Assembly: GCA_965219455.1 (NCBI GenBank)
Contig: OZ244744.1
Span: forward strand, 2,491,587 to 2,555,586
DNA length: 64,000 nt
Direction of reading: 5' to 3'
DNA from: Candidatus Latescibacterota bacterium
GTDB taxonomy: Bacteria > Latescibacterota > UBA2968 > GCA-2709665
The position numbers and the translations under genes were made by a program. Positions 10,601 through 18,072 of the stretch are shown here, piece after piece. The notes below the pieces were generated by a model that was not told the DNA's origin, ran no database searches, and worked only from the letters and a program-made list of their open reading frames with translations. Positions within the stretch are counted from its first letter, which is position 1; each line of letters begins with the position of its first letter.

Positions 10601-10823
10601 TACGCATCCCCTCAGCGCCATCACGATCCAGTCCCTGGCCGACATCGGATACACCGTGGATGCCACGCAGGCCGACGCCTACACCCTGCCAACGACGTCC
10701 AAAATTGCGATGGGATCCGAGGAGTTGATTCTGCTCAACTGTGTTATCACGCACCCCGAGGCCGGACCCGATAGGCCCGAGCCCATCGTCCTGAATCTGC
10801 GCAGAATCCTGGAGAGCGAATGA
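1632..10823 (+). CDS. Giant secreted multidomain surface protein: signal peptide, cohesin-like, dockerin, cadherin/FN3 alternating modules, Big_2-like Ig domains, Pro-rich linker, LRR array, C-terminal leishmanolysin-like (M8-type) zinc metallopeptidase
   Basis: ORF 1539..10823. I prefer the ATG at 1632 (MKRHLKSSTLALGVAGLLSLALFIF signal-like). Dockerin pair: DFDGNGLVGFSDFVAFAGAFG...DLNNDGTIAFNDFVIFATSFG. Cadherin-like repeats end in VTDVDEPP / VADVDEPP / VTDENEPP. FN3 modules read SLTVTWTAP...YDVQYR...YEVQVRA.NDEGES.WS. There are about fourteen 24-aa LRRs. The peptidase part has VLHEIGHTLGFG (HEIGH at 10314-10328) plus SHWRESVMQSELMTP. Confidence 0.85.
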   Translation: MKRHLKSSTLALGVAGLLSLALFIFPWSPSTQPGGFSLALDLDDADGNQAVSSLDLLPHQPVSLQIFARDIQNATGISMRFGYDTTQLIHEGFDPGEVLPNVHAIVQQDSTSIRIGVSSLSGSATGNAGWVGTVRFRTTGSFSDTEIWLVSAELSLDGQSEVISPALGVALQVAAPASPDFDGNGLVGFSDFVAFAGAFGAQRGDGKYVEAYDLNNDGTIAFNDFVIFATSFGEAANRAPAFTAASPVTRSVEENTSAGQPIGDPLTATDADDDSLTYHLRGVYADRFSIGASTGQLVTKEGIAYDHEARDAYSVTVRVTDGQGGRATIVLGIAVTDVDEPPGGPPAGVVVAPRDTALTVTWSAAPDEAGKPPVSGYEVAHRPADSEEWLEGRFLGSRADTSVTLTGLANEQPYQVRVRTLNDEGTSDWSEPVVGAPTVGPRALGIIGDQSLILGRDLRVNIASLFTRPALGTLTYGAASSNEAIAAVTVSDSMATVHAVALGRATITATASDVYGNTAQTTFPVVVTTPPPPPPPPGPVGPIGPFRPPPPPPPPPPPANNRTPSFDDGANTSRTVPENTPARQPIQHPVRATDPDGHRLTYNLTGPDSASFAVDVGSGQLRTLSGITYDFEDNDRYSVELEADDPYGGNATIGVAIHVADVDEPPDVPDRPQVQPASSTSLTVTWTAPTNTGPFIFDYDVQYRTGSGNFDPWPHDNTGTTTTITNLEVNKRYEVQVRAHNDEGESLWSPSGFGTTSANLPPVFDEGGSTTRSLGENTPSDRNIGGPVTATDPEGSEVSYRFDSGDTEGFAIDPNTGQLKTRTGVTYDFETKDRYTVRVEAQDEQGGRSTISVSIEVTDDDNERPETPDKPTVTASTLNSLSIRWTAPANAGPNINDYDVQYSEDGGAFTGWPHTGPGTTTTITGLKANTPYQVQVLARSDEGESLWSESVDVRTVANRAPTFNEGTRTTRSLDENTTGTHDVGNPITARDTDGGTLSYDLEGTDQASFDLDGNQLQTQSGETYDFEEKPGYDVTVRVEDGQGGSNTIEVTINLTDQQEKPGIPDAPGVSAASSTSLTATWDGPANTGPDVNDYDVQYREGDSGGFSSWTHNGADRTATITDRTPGTTHQVQVLARSPEGTSDWSESGTGSTSPNQLPIFTDGSGATRELAENTTGVKDVGDPVGATDSEKTTLTYALEGTHADTFSIDARSGQIRTRTGKTYDYEATPRFSVDVRATDGHGGDNSLPVSIDLTDLNEVPVFPGEATLEAAENQSFAGTVTAEDLDRDDAITNYTITGGSDRDLLEISSGGALTFKDDPDFESPTDAGRNNGYVVEVTVTGGSGGRALTAEQHFTVTVTDENEPPRFTSVDTFAVKENELLAGRLAAQDVDRDDGITGYEVNAGRDGDRFEIENTRELHFKDKPDFERPADSGGNNEYIVVVEVTGGADTRERNATQTITVTVEDDVEPPGEPDPPTVSDETESSLTVSWDEPDNPGPAITNYFVQYRESGAFIDSPDSGLTRTRTITGLRSGRTYQIQVQAKNDEGKGPWSGRANGTTLTAPTVSSAAFTSTPASGQNGAYKKDDVIDVTATFNEAVTVTGAPQIDLTIGSTLRKADYKSGSTTTQLLFQYAVADTDEDKDGATINENGLKLNNGRIYILVNSTTVNADLAHAARANRSSHKVDGVPPGLTDTEVKSDELVLTFGESLDRDPRPATGDFSVTADDSTLGVTAVTMRTSDVALTIDPAVTPGQTVSLAYTPGTNPIRDQAQNPAIALTNLTVRNNTQDQTLNVCVRTRQVRDAITDAAGVSTCGEVTGDHLSAITRLSLSEKNISTLKANDFAGLTALETLFLRDNQISSLPQDLFSALSALETLSLRDNDFASLNASLFSSLSDLRILLLDGNQLDSLHTDLFSELSALEALDLNGNGLSSLPQSVFSNLSALRILDLDGNKLSSLDASVFSSLSALEGLDLDGNELSSLDASVFSNLSALRILDLNGNKLSSLNTNIFSSLSALESLDLDGNGLSSLDASTFSNLSALQALDLSKNQLSSLPQNIFSGLSSLQALYLNEQESGHELGSLDADIFSGLTALTTLRLEQNDIGSLDAGLFTGLTDMETLRLDNNSLSSLPDGIFSGLTSLTTLNLEGNTVDPLPINVSLERVALGQFRAKANTGAPFDMVLALLVTNGSIDGGGSSIEIPQGDAQSSTYTVTRTTGMSAAVTVDIGTFPDLPGTDNGYALVKSDDLPLEVIPGLPDVNIYPTALSVAVGDSNTYTMALNSMPTMDVTVTVDVPSGSDVSVNPMERMFAADTYDMSQTVTVIADTAAVADAMVTLSHMVSGGDYQNVSADDVAVTIIGATTGNQLPTFVSDSRYDVKENETSVATVAATDGDARDYVTGYEITGGAQQAQFEITGDGVLTFVTAPDFERPAVSSNSYVVTVTATSGIEDRERTARQTIVVSVTDDDEPPGQPPAPILDLSYASYRTIGVSPGRRPPANTGPEITAWDIQYRIRNTGDFKIHDPDPEPDWTQPDWETAITRLDRGATYEVQVRAKNDEGESEWSPSAEAPIPNQSPVADGSFDDLTLPVGGAVEIVSADDVFDDPDDIRLTYTAASSNTAAASVKVIDTEGLVDPLSSGGATITVTATDPWGATVSESFSVIVRTPTLSAPTLSISGNLFTLEFTNDFAANETRAYEVRIRQKEPIGNWARGCFTITNDENTARSVTVTVQDLVSDFFVPGNTYEADYGYLGTACGGSLADVRSAAAEASVPGTPAFNIDLIYAGGTPARRVQLALDNAVARWERIIAQDIPNHRLSANRRNLLERLFPGTTSPEVVDDLVVYVEVVEIDGQSGTLGQAGRLVWRVPSSLPIAAFIELDRDDLRTMSDNKLTPLVLHEIGHTLGFGLAPWTDHNLLKNPSLDQNDDPIVPAPDTHFSGANAIAAFNAAGGSGYTGAKVPVENTWGGSGSQDSHWRESVMQSELMTPRVGEAVTHPLSAITIQSLADIGYTVDATQADAYTLPTTSKIAMGSEELILLNCVITHPEAGPDRPEPIVLNLRRILESE
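3217..3307 (+). repeat. Proline-rich low-complexity linker inside the giant gene (PPPPPPPPGPVGPIGPFRPPPPPPPPPPPA)
   Basis: Read directly from the translation and from the ccg/cca runs in the DNA. Confidence 0.9.
7105..8095 (+). repeat. Tandem 72-nt (24-codon) leucine-rich-repeat array; some units are near-identical at the DNA level with a 144-nt period
   Basis: Consensus LSSLDASVFSNLSALRILDLDGNK. As an example, 7421-7492 and 7565-7636 differ at only a handful of positions. Confidence 0.9.
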
Positions 10824-11455
10824 ATAGGCTGAATATGAGCGTCGTAGTACCAATGGCCTTCCTGGCGATGTATACCTTATGCTCGCCTTCCGAGCGGCCG
10901 CGGAAAGAAGCACATCCCGGACCGCCGCCGCAAACACGTGTCTGCGAACCCCCGTCCGGTCGCCTCAATGTCCGGGCGACATTGGCCGGCCGGGAAGGGC
11001 ACTATGACCTTGCGCTTGTGCAGGTGGTAAACGGCGTCGACACGCGACGCGCACGGGGCGCGCTCATCCTGCGCAGGCAGCCGCCGGGGCTGGATTCGCT
11101 GGGAGAGGCCGCCACCCCTCTGTACGGATATATTGACATCGACCTGCGTGCGGTGGGCGCGCACCGGGTCGGTGATCCCGGCAGCACGGATCCGGAGGCC
11201 CCTGGCGTGCTCGTTCTTGAAAGCCTCCACGACGGCAAGCGCCGCATTCTGGTCCGCCTCGGCGCGGACGCCAATCGGCGGGATTCAATGCTCTTCGACG
11301 GGGCCTTTACCGTGCTAGAAGTACATGCGATCTACAGAGGCGGTTTCGCCGGGAGTTGGCGCAGCGGCCTGCGATCATTGCGCACCGGCGGCTACTTCTG
11401 CGCATGGCGCATGGATAAAAAAACCGGGACGCGTGGCACGCCCCGTCCTGACTGA
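10820..11455 (+). CDS. Hypothetical protein, possible lipoprotein, translationally coupled to the giant gene
   Basis: ATGA overlap: ATG 10820, upstream TGA 10821-10823. The N-terminus MNRLNMSVVVPMAFLAMYTLCSP is hydrophobic with a Cys. I recognised no family. Confidence 0.5.
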   Translation: MNRLNMSVVVPMAFLAMYTLCSPSERPRKEAHPGPPPQTRVCEPPSGRLNVRATLAGREGHYDLALVQVVNGVDTRRARGALILRRQPPGLDSLGEAATPLYGYIDIDLRAVGAHRVGDPGSTDPEAPGVLVLESLHDGKRRILVRLGADANRRDSMLFDGAFTVLEVHAIYRGGFAGSWRSGLRSLRTGGYFCAWRMDKKTGTRGTPRPD

Positions 11456-11530
11456 ATATCGATTGTCTGCGCCGACGGATCGTAGTCACGGAAGTTCCCG
11501 TTAGCGATTCCCAAAATGCATTGCTTCGTC

Positions 11531-12825
11531 TTATACGCCAAGGATCCCTCTTGCGGCCTGTCGTGCGTCATCGAGTGTTTCGACAATGCGATGCTTCGGA
11601 ACATGCTGCAGGATGCCGAGTGTATTTAGCGTTCTCGCCGTCAGACCGGACAGTCCCATCACGATACATTCGGTCTGTTCGCTTTCGGCGAGATCCATGA
11701 GTTGCCCTATTACCATGGCCGCGCTGTCATCGAGATAGGTGGCTTCGGAGAAATCGATGATGACAACCTCGTGATCCTTAATGTCCGCGCCGATCACGCC
11801 GACCAGCTTGTGGGAGGATGCGACGGTGAGGCTTCCCCTGAGCGCTACAAGTCCCACGCGAGCCGAGTACGGACTGAGTGCGGCCACATCCAGGTCCTCC
11901 TCCTCGGAAAAGAACGTCCGGTCCAGCAGCGGCACGGAGACCACGCTGTCGAGTTCCAGGCGTTCCAGTTGCCGTGCGTGCACCATTCCCGCGGCAATCA
12001 GGCCGATCGCTACGGCGGTCACGAGATCGACAAACACCGTAAGACCCAGGGTAATCATCATCACCAGAAGGTGTTCCCGGCGCAGCCGGTGAACGCGCGT
12101 GAGAAGACGCCAGTCGACGATTTCCCAGCCGACCTTCATCAGAATACCGGCAAGCCGATCGGTATGTGGCCGATTACCGGGACGTCGCTCAGCCACAGTA
12201 CGCCGAGCAACGTCCCGGCGATCAGTGCCAGGAGGGGGCCCGGCAGGTATCTGCTCCAACTGCGCGGCCAGATCGCACCGACAGCGAGAGCAACGGCAGC
12301 GATAGCCAGCGCGTTGTAATTGACATTGTCAACCGCATCGGACACCGCGCGGATCGTTCCGACGACACCGCCCGGCGCCGGGGCTGTCCCCAGGAACGGA
12401 AGAATGTGAATCACCATGATGATGATGCCGATCCCGGACATGAATCCGGAGATGACCACATGGGGCGTATAGGCCACGAAGCGGCCGATCCTCGACATGC
12501 CCAGCAACACCTGCAGTAAACCGGCCATAACAACCACGGTGAGCGCTTCGGTCAGGTTGGTGGTGTAGCTGGAGACAATGACCACGAGGGCGACGGTCAT
12601 CGGCGCAGTGGGGCCCGATATCTGGGTCCGCGTGCCGCCGAACACAGCAGCGAAAAGGCCCACCGCGATCGCGCCGTACATCCCGGCTGCCGCGCCCATG
12701 CCCGACGCGACCCCCAGGGCCAGCGCGACCGGCAGCGCCACCACGGTTGCCGTGATGCCTCCAAAGACGTCGCCACGGAGCGCGCGGTTATCATAATTCG
12801 ATGGGATCATATCCTTAAAAAACAA
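11531..12825 (-). pseudogene. SulP-family anion transporter with C-terminal STAS domain, disrupted by an out-of-frame internal deletion
   Basis: ORF 12139..12825 covers the SulP N-terminal TMs (GDVFGGITATVVALPVALALGVASG...IGHIPIGLPVF*). ORF 11531..12259 covers the last TM plus STAS (ILMKVGWEIVDWRLL...VIIDFSEATYLDDSAAMVIGQLMDL). The two frames overlap at 12139-12259, and roughly 150-170 aa of the expected core TMs are missing. Confidence 0.7.
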
Positions 12826-13067
12826 ATAGATGCCTCCGATTCTCAGTGGCGTTGGGACACATAAAGGAACTGACGAGCGGTGCAGGTGAATTCCGGGACG
12901 CGAGGCCCCTCCCGGTTTTCATCCAACCGGTTCATGTCTATGCTCACCCATGGCGGGGTGCAATGACTTCGCGCCGCTTTCCTGTTGCCGCAAAACGGCA
13001 GCCGGGCTTGACAGAAGCCGAACATACCGTATCATAATATTAGATTCCAACACGAAAGGAAAGTGCA

Positions 13068-13712
13068 ATGCTGAGATTCGCCGAAGAACTCATGCTCCTC
13101 CTTCTCGACGACGAAAACGGGAGATTCGCCCGCGTGCCGGAGCAGTCCCTGCGCTATGCGCTTGCCGGCGGGGTGCTGATGGAGAACCGTATCGACACCG
13201 ATCCGAAGCAGCTTGTCCTCGTGGATTCGACACCCGTTCAGGACAACCTTCTCGATCCGACGCTTGCCGACATATCGCGGGCAACCGAAACGCACGACGC
13301 GCGTTTCTGGGTGGAACGCACCGCCATTCGCAGCGCCGCGGGCATTCGCGAAGGATCGCTCGACCGGCTGGTAGAGCGAGGCGTCCTTGAACGTCGGGAC
13401 GACCGGTTCATGTGGGTTTTCCGGACGAGGCGCTATCCCGTCATCGACGACCAGGCTGAACGGGAGGTCAAGCTCAGGATTATGGAAATCCTGTTCAGCG
13501 ATGAGATACCCGACCCGCGCGACGTGGTGATCATCAGTCTGGCGCACGCCTGTAACCTGTTCAACCAGATCCTGTCTTCCCGCGAACTCGCGCGCGTTGC
13601 CCCGCGAATTAACCAGGTGCGGCGGCTCGACCTGATCGGCCAGGCTACGTTCCGGGCAATCACGGAAATCGAACTTTCGCTCGCCCTGGCCGTCCAGATG
13701 AGGCCTTACTAG
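13068..13712 (+). CDS. GPP34/GOLPH3-family protein
   Basis: MLRFAEELMLLLLDDENGRF...LRYALAGGVLMEN matches my memory of the N-terminal pattern of bacterial GPP34 proteins. The length of 214 aa fits. Confidence 0.65.
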   Translation: MLRFAEELMLLLLDDENGRFARVPEQSLRYALAGGVLMENRIDTDPKQLVLVDSTPVQDNLLDPTLADISRATETHDARFWVERTAIRSAAGIREGSLDRLVERGVLERRDDRFMWVFRTRRYPVIDDQAEREVKLRIMEILFSDEIPDPRDVVIISLAHACNLFNQILSSRELARVAPRINQVRRLDLIGQATFRAITEIELSLALAVQMRPY

Positions 13713-13791
13713 GGTTGTCGAATCGCGCCGGCTTCACACGTTGATCCTCGGCCGGCGATTGACAAAATGCCTGTCCCTGCCAGGCGTTCAA

Positions 13792-15534
13792 CTACGACGT
13801 ACCCTCGACCCGCACCGTGATAATGTCCATATCGTGATACTTCTGGTGGCGCACCGACGAAGCGTAATGGCGCAACAGGCGAAACGAGATTTCGTGTTCG
13901 TCCATTAACTCGGGCTGTTCACTCAGATACGCCAGCCTGTCCTCGAGGTTTTCTCCCGCCGGAGCGGCCAGAAACTCCAGTTCTGTCGTCCCTTCCATAA
14001 GCCGTGCGGTGAGGACCAGTAGCCGTCCGCCCTCCGGCGCACTCTCCTGCGCCTGTTGTATCAGAATCGCCAGGGTCTCTTCCCCCGCGGCGCACAGCCG
14101 CCCGGTTTCCGGGTCGTTCCAGCCGTTACCTGCCGCAAACTTGCGGAGGAACTCGTCGATCCCGAGCAGCGAGGCGGTAGCCAACTCGACCTCCAGACGC
14201 TTCCGCCGTCGGGCCGTCAGTACCATGAACGCGGTCAGAAGGATTGCTGCAAGACCGCCTGCGGTCATCCCGTTGCCGAGCAACATGCCCCACGTCCCGC
14301 CAAGCAAGTCGGGGAAGATCACCTGACTCTGAAAACCCACACCCAGCCAGAATGACAGCCCCACCACTGTGGCCTTCCGGTGATCGATGCCATCCTCCAC
14401 AATCAGCTTCATCCCCTGCACAAACAACAGACCGATCAAGACGGTAACATAGGCCGCGCCCACAGGATTGGGAATGGCAATCACGAGGGCCGTTACCTTG
14501 GGGGACAGGGCCAGCAATACAAATAGGATCCCGATATATACCCCGACGCGGCGCGCCGCGACCCCGGTGAGTTCGGCAAGCGATATGCTGGTGGAATAGG
14601 TCGTATTGGGGGGCGTCCCGAAAAGACCGGAAAGGAGGTTGCCCATCCCGTCGGCGTTGAGGGCGCCCTGCACCAGGCGGAAGTCGGTTGCCCGCGGCCG
14701 GCGGCGCGAGACCCGTTGAATGGCAACACCATCGCCAACGGTCTCGATCGCCCCGACGATCGTAACCACCACAAATGCCGGCAGCAACGCCCAGAACTCA
14801 GCGCTGAAAGTGAGATCCAATCCCGGCCAGCCGTAATTGGGAAGACCGATCCAGGAAGCCTCCAAAACGGGACGAATGTCGTACAGCCCGAAGGCCGCGG
14901 ACACCGCGCAACCCACCACAATCCCGATCAGCGGCGCCCACAGCCGCCAGGCTGCAGGAGCGCGTAACGCCAGCACGACAAGGGTAACAAACGTCGCGCC
15001 GGCCGCGGCCGGCGGCGCGGCCACAGGCGTTCCCTCCGGCACATCCGTCAACAATCCGAAAACAATCGGCATCACGGTAACGGCGATCAGCATAATCACC
15101 GTTCCGGAAACGACCGGCGTGATAATCCTGCGCAGAAGTGAAAGCCGCGCGGCCAGCGCGAACTGAAACAGCGAGGAAACAACGATCAGGCTCGCCATCA
15201 GGGCCGGCCCACCCTTCACCAGGGCCGTGATGCACACCGCGATGAAGGCGCCCGAGGTGCCCATGATGAGTACGTGCCCGGCCCCTATACGTCCAACCCT
15301 GGCCGCTTGCAGAACCGTACTCACACCACTGACCACCAGTGCCGCGAAGGCGATCCAGTTCAGATAGCTTTCCGGTTGATGGGCCGCCCGGCCAATAATC
15401 ACCGCGCTGAGCACCACCGGCGCCAGGACCACAACGGCGGCCTGAAAGCCGACCGCAGCGGCGACTGAGTGGGGGGGCCGCTCGTCCGGCTCGTACCGGA
15501 TGGTTTCGTTTGTACGGGTTTTTTCCGAAGGCAT
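13792..15534 (-). CDS. NCS2 (nucleobase:cation symporter-2 / xanthine-uracil permease family) transporter with a roughly 130-aa C-terminal soluble extension
   Basis: 580 aa. The multi-TM body (GFQAAVVVLAPVV...IMGTSGAFIAV...TGVAARRVGVYIGILFVLLAL) is typical of NCS2. The tail after RRRKRLEVEL is hydrophilic and I do not recognise it. Confidence 0.75.
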   Translation of the reverse strand: MPSEKTRTNETIRYEPDERPPHSVAAAVGFQAAVVVLAPVVLSAVIIGRAAHQPESYLNWIAFAALVVSGVSTVLQAARVGRIGAGHVLIMGTSGAFIAVCITALVKGGPALMASLIVVSSLFQFALAARLSLLRRIITPVVSGTVIMLIAVTVMPIVFGLLTDVPEGTPVAAPPAAAGATFVTLVVLALRAPAAWRLWAPLIGIVVGCAVSAAFGLYDIRPVLEASWIGLPNYGWPGLDLTFSAEFWALLPAFVVVTIVGAIETVGDGVAIQRVSRRRPRATDFRLVQGALNADGMGNLLSGLFGTPPNTTYSTSISLAELTGVAARRVGVYIGILFVLLALSPKVTALVIAIPNPVGAAYVTVLIGLLFVQGMKLIVEDGIDHRKATVVGLSFWLGVGFQSQVIFPDLLGGTWGMLLGNGMTAGGLAAILLTAFMVLTARRRKRLEVELATASLLGIDEFLRKFAAGNGWNDPETGRLCAAGEETLAILIQQAQESAPEGGRLLVLTARLMEGTTELEFLAAPAGENLEDRLAYLSEQPELMDEHEISFRLLRHYASSVRHQKYHDMDIITVRVEGTS

Positions 15535-15674
15535 TTATCTCTCCCGGTCGATCCGCGTAACAACCCGACTACAGGCGCCAGACCAACAGCAATATCTGGT
15601 CCGGGTGATACGCACGAAAGGTCGTTGGCATCGATAGCTCCCTCCGTTGACACAACGCACAACCACTTTACTGC

Positions 15675-15704
15675 TTGACATTTCTGAACGACACGACCCA
15701 TTAT
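15675..15704 (+). promoter_or_regulatory. Candidate sigma70-type promoter for the carbonic anhydrase gene
   Basis: TTGACA at 15675-15680, an 18-nt spacer, then CATTAT at 15699-15704, about 65 nt upstream of the ATG at 15771. Confidence 0.35.
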
Positions 15705-15770
15705 ACCTACCATTACCTGTCCATTGAAATGAATTTTCCTGCGGCGCAGACTCCTAGAGAACGCAAAAAC

Positions 15771-16553
15771 ATGACAGTTATCAAACCTACCATCTTGATG
15801 TGTATAGTGTGTATTTTGATGATTGCATGTTCAGAGCCGGAGGATTCGCAATCCCGATTGGATAAGGTTGCGTGGGGGTACAATGCCGAGAACGGACCGG
15901 ACCTCTGGGGCCGGCTGAGCCGGAAATATGCGCTTTGCGCCGAAGGGTCGGGCCAATCCCCCATTGACCTCCGGAACCCGACGCCGGCAAGACTTCCTGC
16001 CATCGTCTTCAACTACCGGCCAACCGCCCTGAATATCCGCAATAACGGCCACACCATAGAAATGGCATTCACCGGGGAGAACCGGATCGAGGTTGCGGGT
16101 AACAAATACAACCTGCTACAGTGCCATTTCCATGCGCCGTCCGAACATACGATGGACGGCAAGTCATTTGACATGGAGATGCACCTCGTTCACCGAAACG
16201 AGGAAGGCGCGTTGCGCGTAATTGGTGTGTTGATCGAGCGGGGAAGCCACCACATCGCATTCAATCTTGTATCGGAGCGTTTACCGCACGTGCCGGGCGA
16301 AATGAAACACATCGAAGGTGTCTCCGTTAACCCCGGCGATTGGCTTCCGCGGGACGGGCGCGCCTATCGATATGAGGGTTCCCTGACGACCCCACCCTGC
16401 TCTGAGGGGGTCAGGTGGTTCGTGCTGGCATCGCCCGTTGAAATCTCAGAGGCGCAGATTGCCGCATTCGAAGCAATTGTTCACAAAAATAACCGGCCGG
16501 TCCAGGCGCCGAACGGCCGCGAGATTCTTGTTGCTAACGGAGAGGAAAAATAA
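15771..16553 (+). CDS. Alpha-class carbonic anhydrase, lipoprotein-type signal
   Basis: SGQSPIDL, QCHFHAPSEHTMDG, EMHLVH, YRYEGSLTTPPCSEGVRWFV. The ATG at 15771 gives MTVIKPTILMCIVCILMIACSEPE. Confidence 0.92.
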   Translation: MTVIKPTILMCIVCILMIACSEPEDSQSRLDKVAWGYNAENGPDLWGRLSRKYALCAEGSGQSPIDLRNPTPARLPAIVFNYRPTALNIRNNGHTIEMAFTGENRIEVAGNKYNLLQCHFHAPSEHTMDGKSFDMEMHLVHRNEEGALRVIGVLIERGSHHIAFNLVSERLPHVPGEMKHIEGVSVNPGDWLPRDGRAYRYEGSLTTPPCSEGVRWFVLASPVEISEAQIAAFEAIVHKNNRPVQAPNGREILVANGEEK

Positions 16554-16753
16554 CGCGGGAAATTGGGAGGCTGAAGATTCACAGGGAGAAATTCTGCAGC
16601 TCTAATTTCAAGTCTTTGAGTCTCGGACCGTATAGATTCAACCTGAGTGAAATCGATCCTTCCACACGACGGCTGTGTCGTCCGCTTTGATAAGACCCTT
16701 TGCATCAACGACGTGTCGTCGTACTGCAATACGACGTCGCCCAGGGTGCGCCT

Positions 16754-18058
16754 TCAAGTCTTACCCGTCACTGGAATCCCGTACCGGTGTAACGTGCTCG
16801 CCAGCGTGGGACGCCCCAGGCGAATTCTGCCATCGTTCAGCAGATAGGAGAACAGATACCCGGCGCCAAGCATGAGGATCCCGATGAGGAAACAATACAT
16901 GACCGCTCTGTCGGGGTATACATCCTTGAGATACCCGACGTACAGGGGACCGGAGATCCCGGCGGCGGCCCAGGCCGTCAGGACGGCGCCATATATTGTG
17001 GACATCTTTTGGGTGCCGAAAACGTCAAGAACGAACGGCGGCATGGTTGCAAATCCACCGCCGAAGCAGAGCAGGACGTAGCAGACCAGCGCCGAGAAAA
17101 TCCATGGATTGGTCTCCGTCATCAGAATGCCGAAGACGACCATCTGGCTGGCAAGAAGAACCCTGAAAATGGTGACCCGGCCGAACCGGTCCGAAAGCAA
17201 TCCCCAGAACAGACGCCCCAATCCGTTGCAGATCGAACTCGCGGCAATGAGCGTGGCGCCGTATTCCGCGAGTGTGGTCGGCTCGATCGAGGTGTCGGCC
17301 AGGCCCCAGATCTCCTGAAGGATTTCCGATTGGAAGCTGATCACGGAGATCCCCGCGGCAATATTAAAGAAAAAGACAATCCACATGATGATGAACTGGG
17401 TGGTGCGAAGGTACGTGCCGGCGGATTCCGGTTCCCCGTATTCCAGCGCCTCATCGGCTATGCGGCCTGCGGGGGAAGCGGACGCAGGCGGATCGCTCAG
17501 GGCAAGGCTGCACGGAATCAGAATGCAGCCGAATATGACGCCAAGCCAGATGAAGACAAGCGGCAGGGTGCCGGCCGTACTCACAATCAAGAATGGCGCC
17601 AGACCCTTGCTCAGGAGAAAGGCGCCGACGCCGAAGCCCATGACCACGATTCCGGTGGCCAGGCCCTTACGGTCGGGGAACCACTTCGCCACGGTCGCGA
17701 CCGGCGTCACGTATCCCAGCCCGATTCCCGCGCCGCCGATCACGCCGTAACCCAGATAAAACAGCGGAATGGAATCCAGGTGAAGCGCGGCGCCGGAGAT
17801 GACGTACCCGCATGAAAACAGGATGCTGCCAGTCACCGCAAGAAACCTCGGTCCCAACCTGGAGAGCATGTTTCCCGCCCAGGCCGCCGATACCCCCAGT
17901 GTAAAGATAGCGATGCTGAAAGCCCACGCCGTTTCGGTATGCGTCCAACCCCCCTGGTGCACGAGTATCGTCTGGAAAAAGCTCCAGGCGTAAACCGTGC
18001 CGAAGCATACCTGCAGAACGGTGCAGAAGACCGCAATAGCACTTCGTGGAATGTGCAA
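16754..18058 (-). CDS. MFS transporter, oxalate/formate antiporter (OFA)-like
   Basis: 434 aa, about 12 TMs. The N-terminus VLQVCFGTVYAWSFFQ...GGWTHTETAWAFSI resembles OFA-family proteins. Confidence 0.7.
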   Translation of the reverse strand: MHIPRSAIAVFCTVLQVCFGTVYAWSFFQTILVHQGGWTHTETAWAFSIAIFTLGVSAAWAGNMLSRLGPRFLAVTGSILFSCGYVISGAALHLDSIPLFYLGYGVIGGAGIGLGYVTPVATVAKWFPDRKGLATGIVVMGFGVGAFLLSKGLAPFLIVSTAGTLPLVFIWLGVIFGCILIPCSLALSDPPASASPAGRIADEALEYGEPESAGTYLRTTQFIIMWIVFFFNIAAGISVISFQSEILQEIWGLADTSIEPTTLAEYGATLIAASSICNGLGRLFWGLLSDRFGRVTIFRVLLASQMVVFGILMTETNPWIFSALVCYVLLCFGGGFATMPPFVLDVFGTQKMSTIYGAVLTAWAAAGISGPLYVGYLKDVYPDRAVMYCFLIGILMLGAGYLFSYLLNDGRIRLGRPTLASTLHRYGIPVTGKT

Positions 18059-18072
18059 CGCCGATCCTCCCT

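Noticed and set aside
1699-10937. Many long antisense or alternative-frame ORFs inside the giant gene, e.g. 4176..6149 (657 aa), 9066..10937 (623 aa), 2961..4085 (374 aa), 6989..7771 (260 aa).
   Set aside because: Their translations are Arg/Gly/Pro/Val-rich low-complexity strings typical of stop-free non-coding frames in high-GC DNA. The sense frame shows clear, repeated domain signatures throughout.
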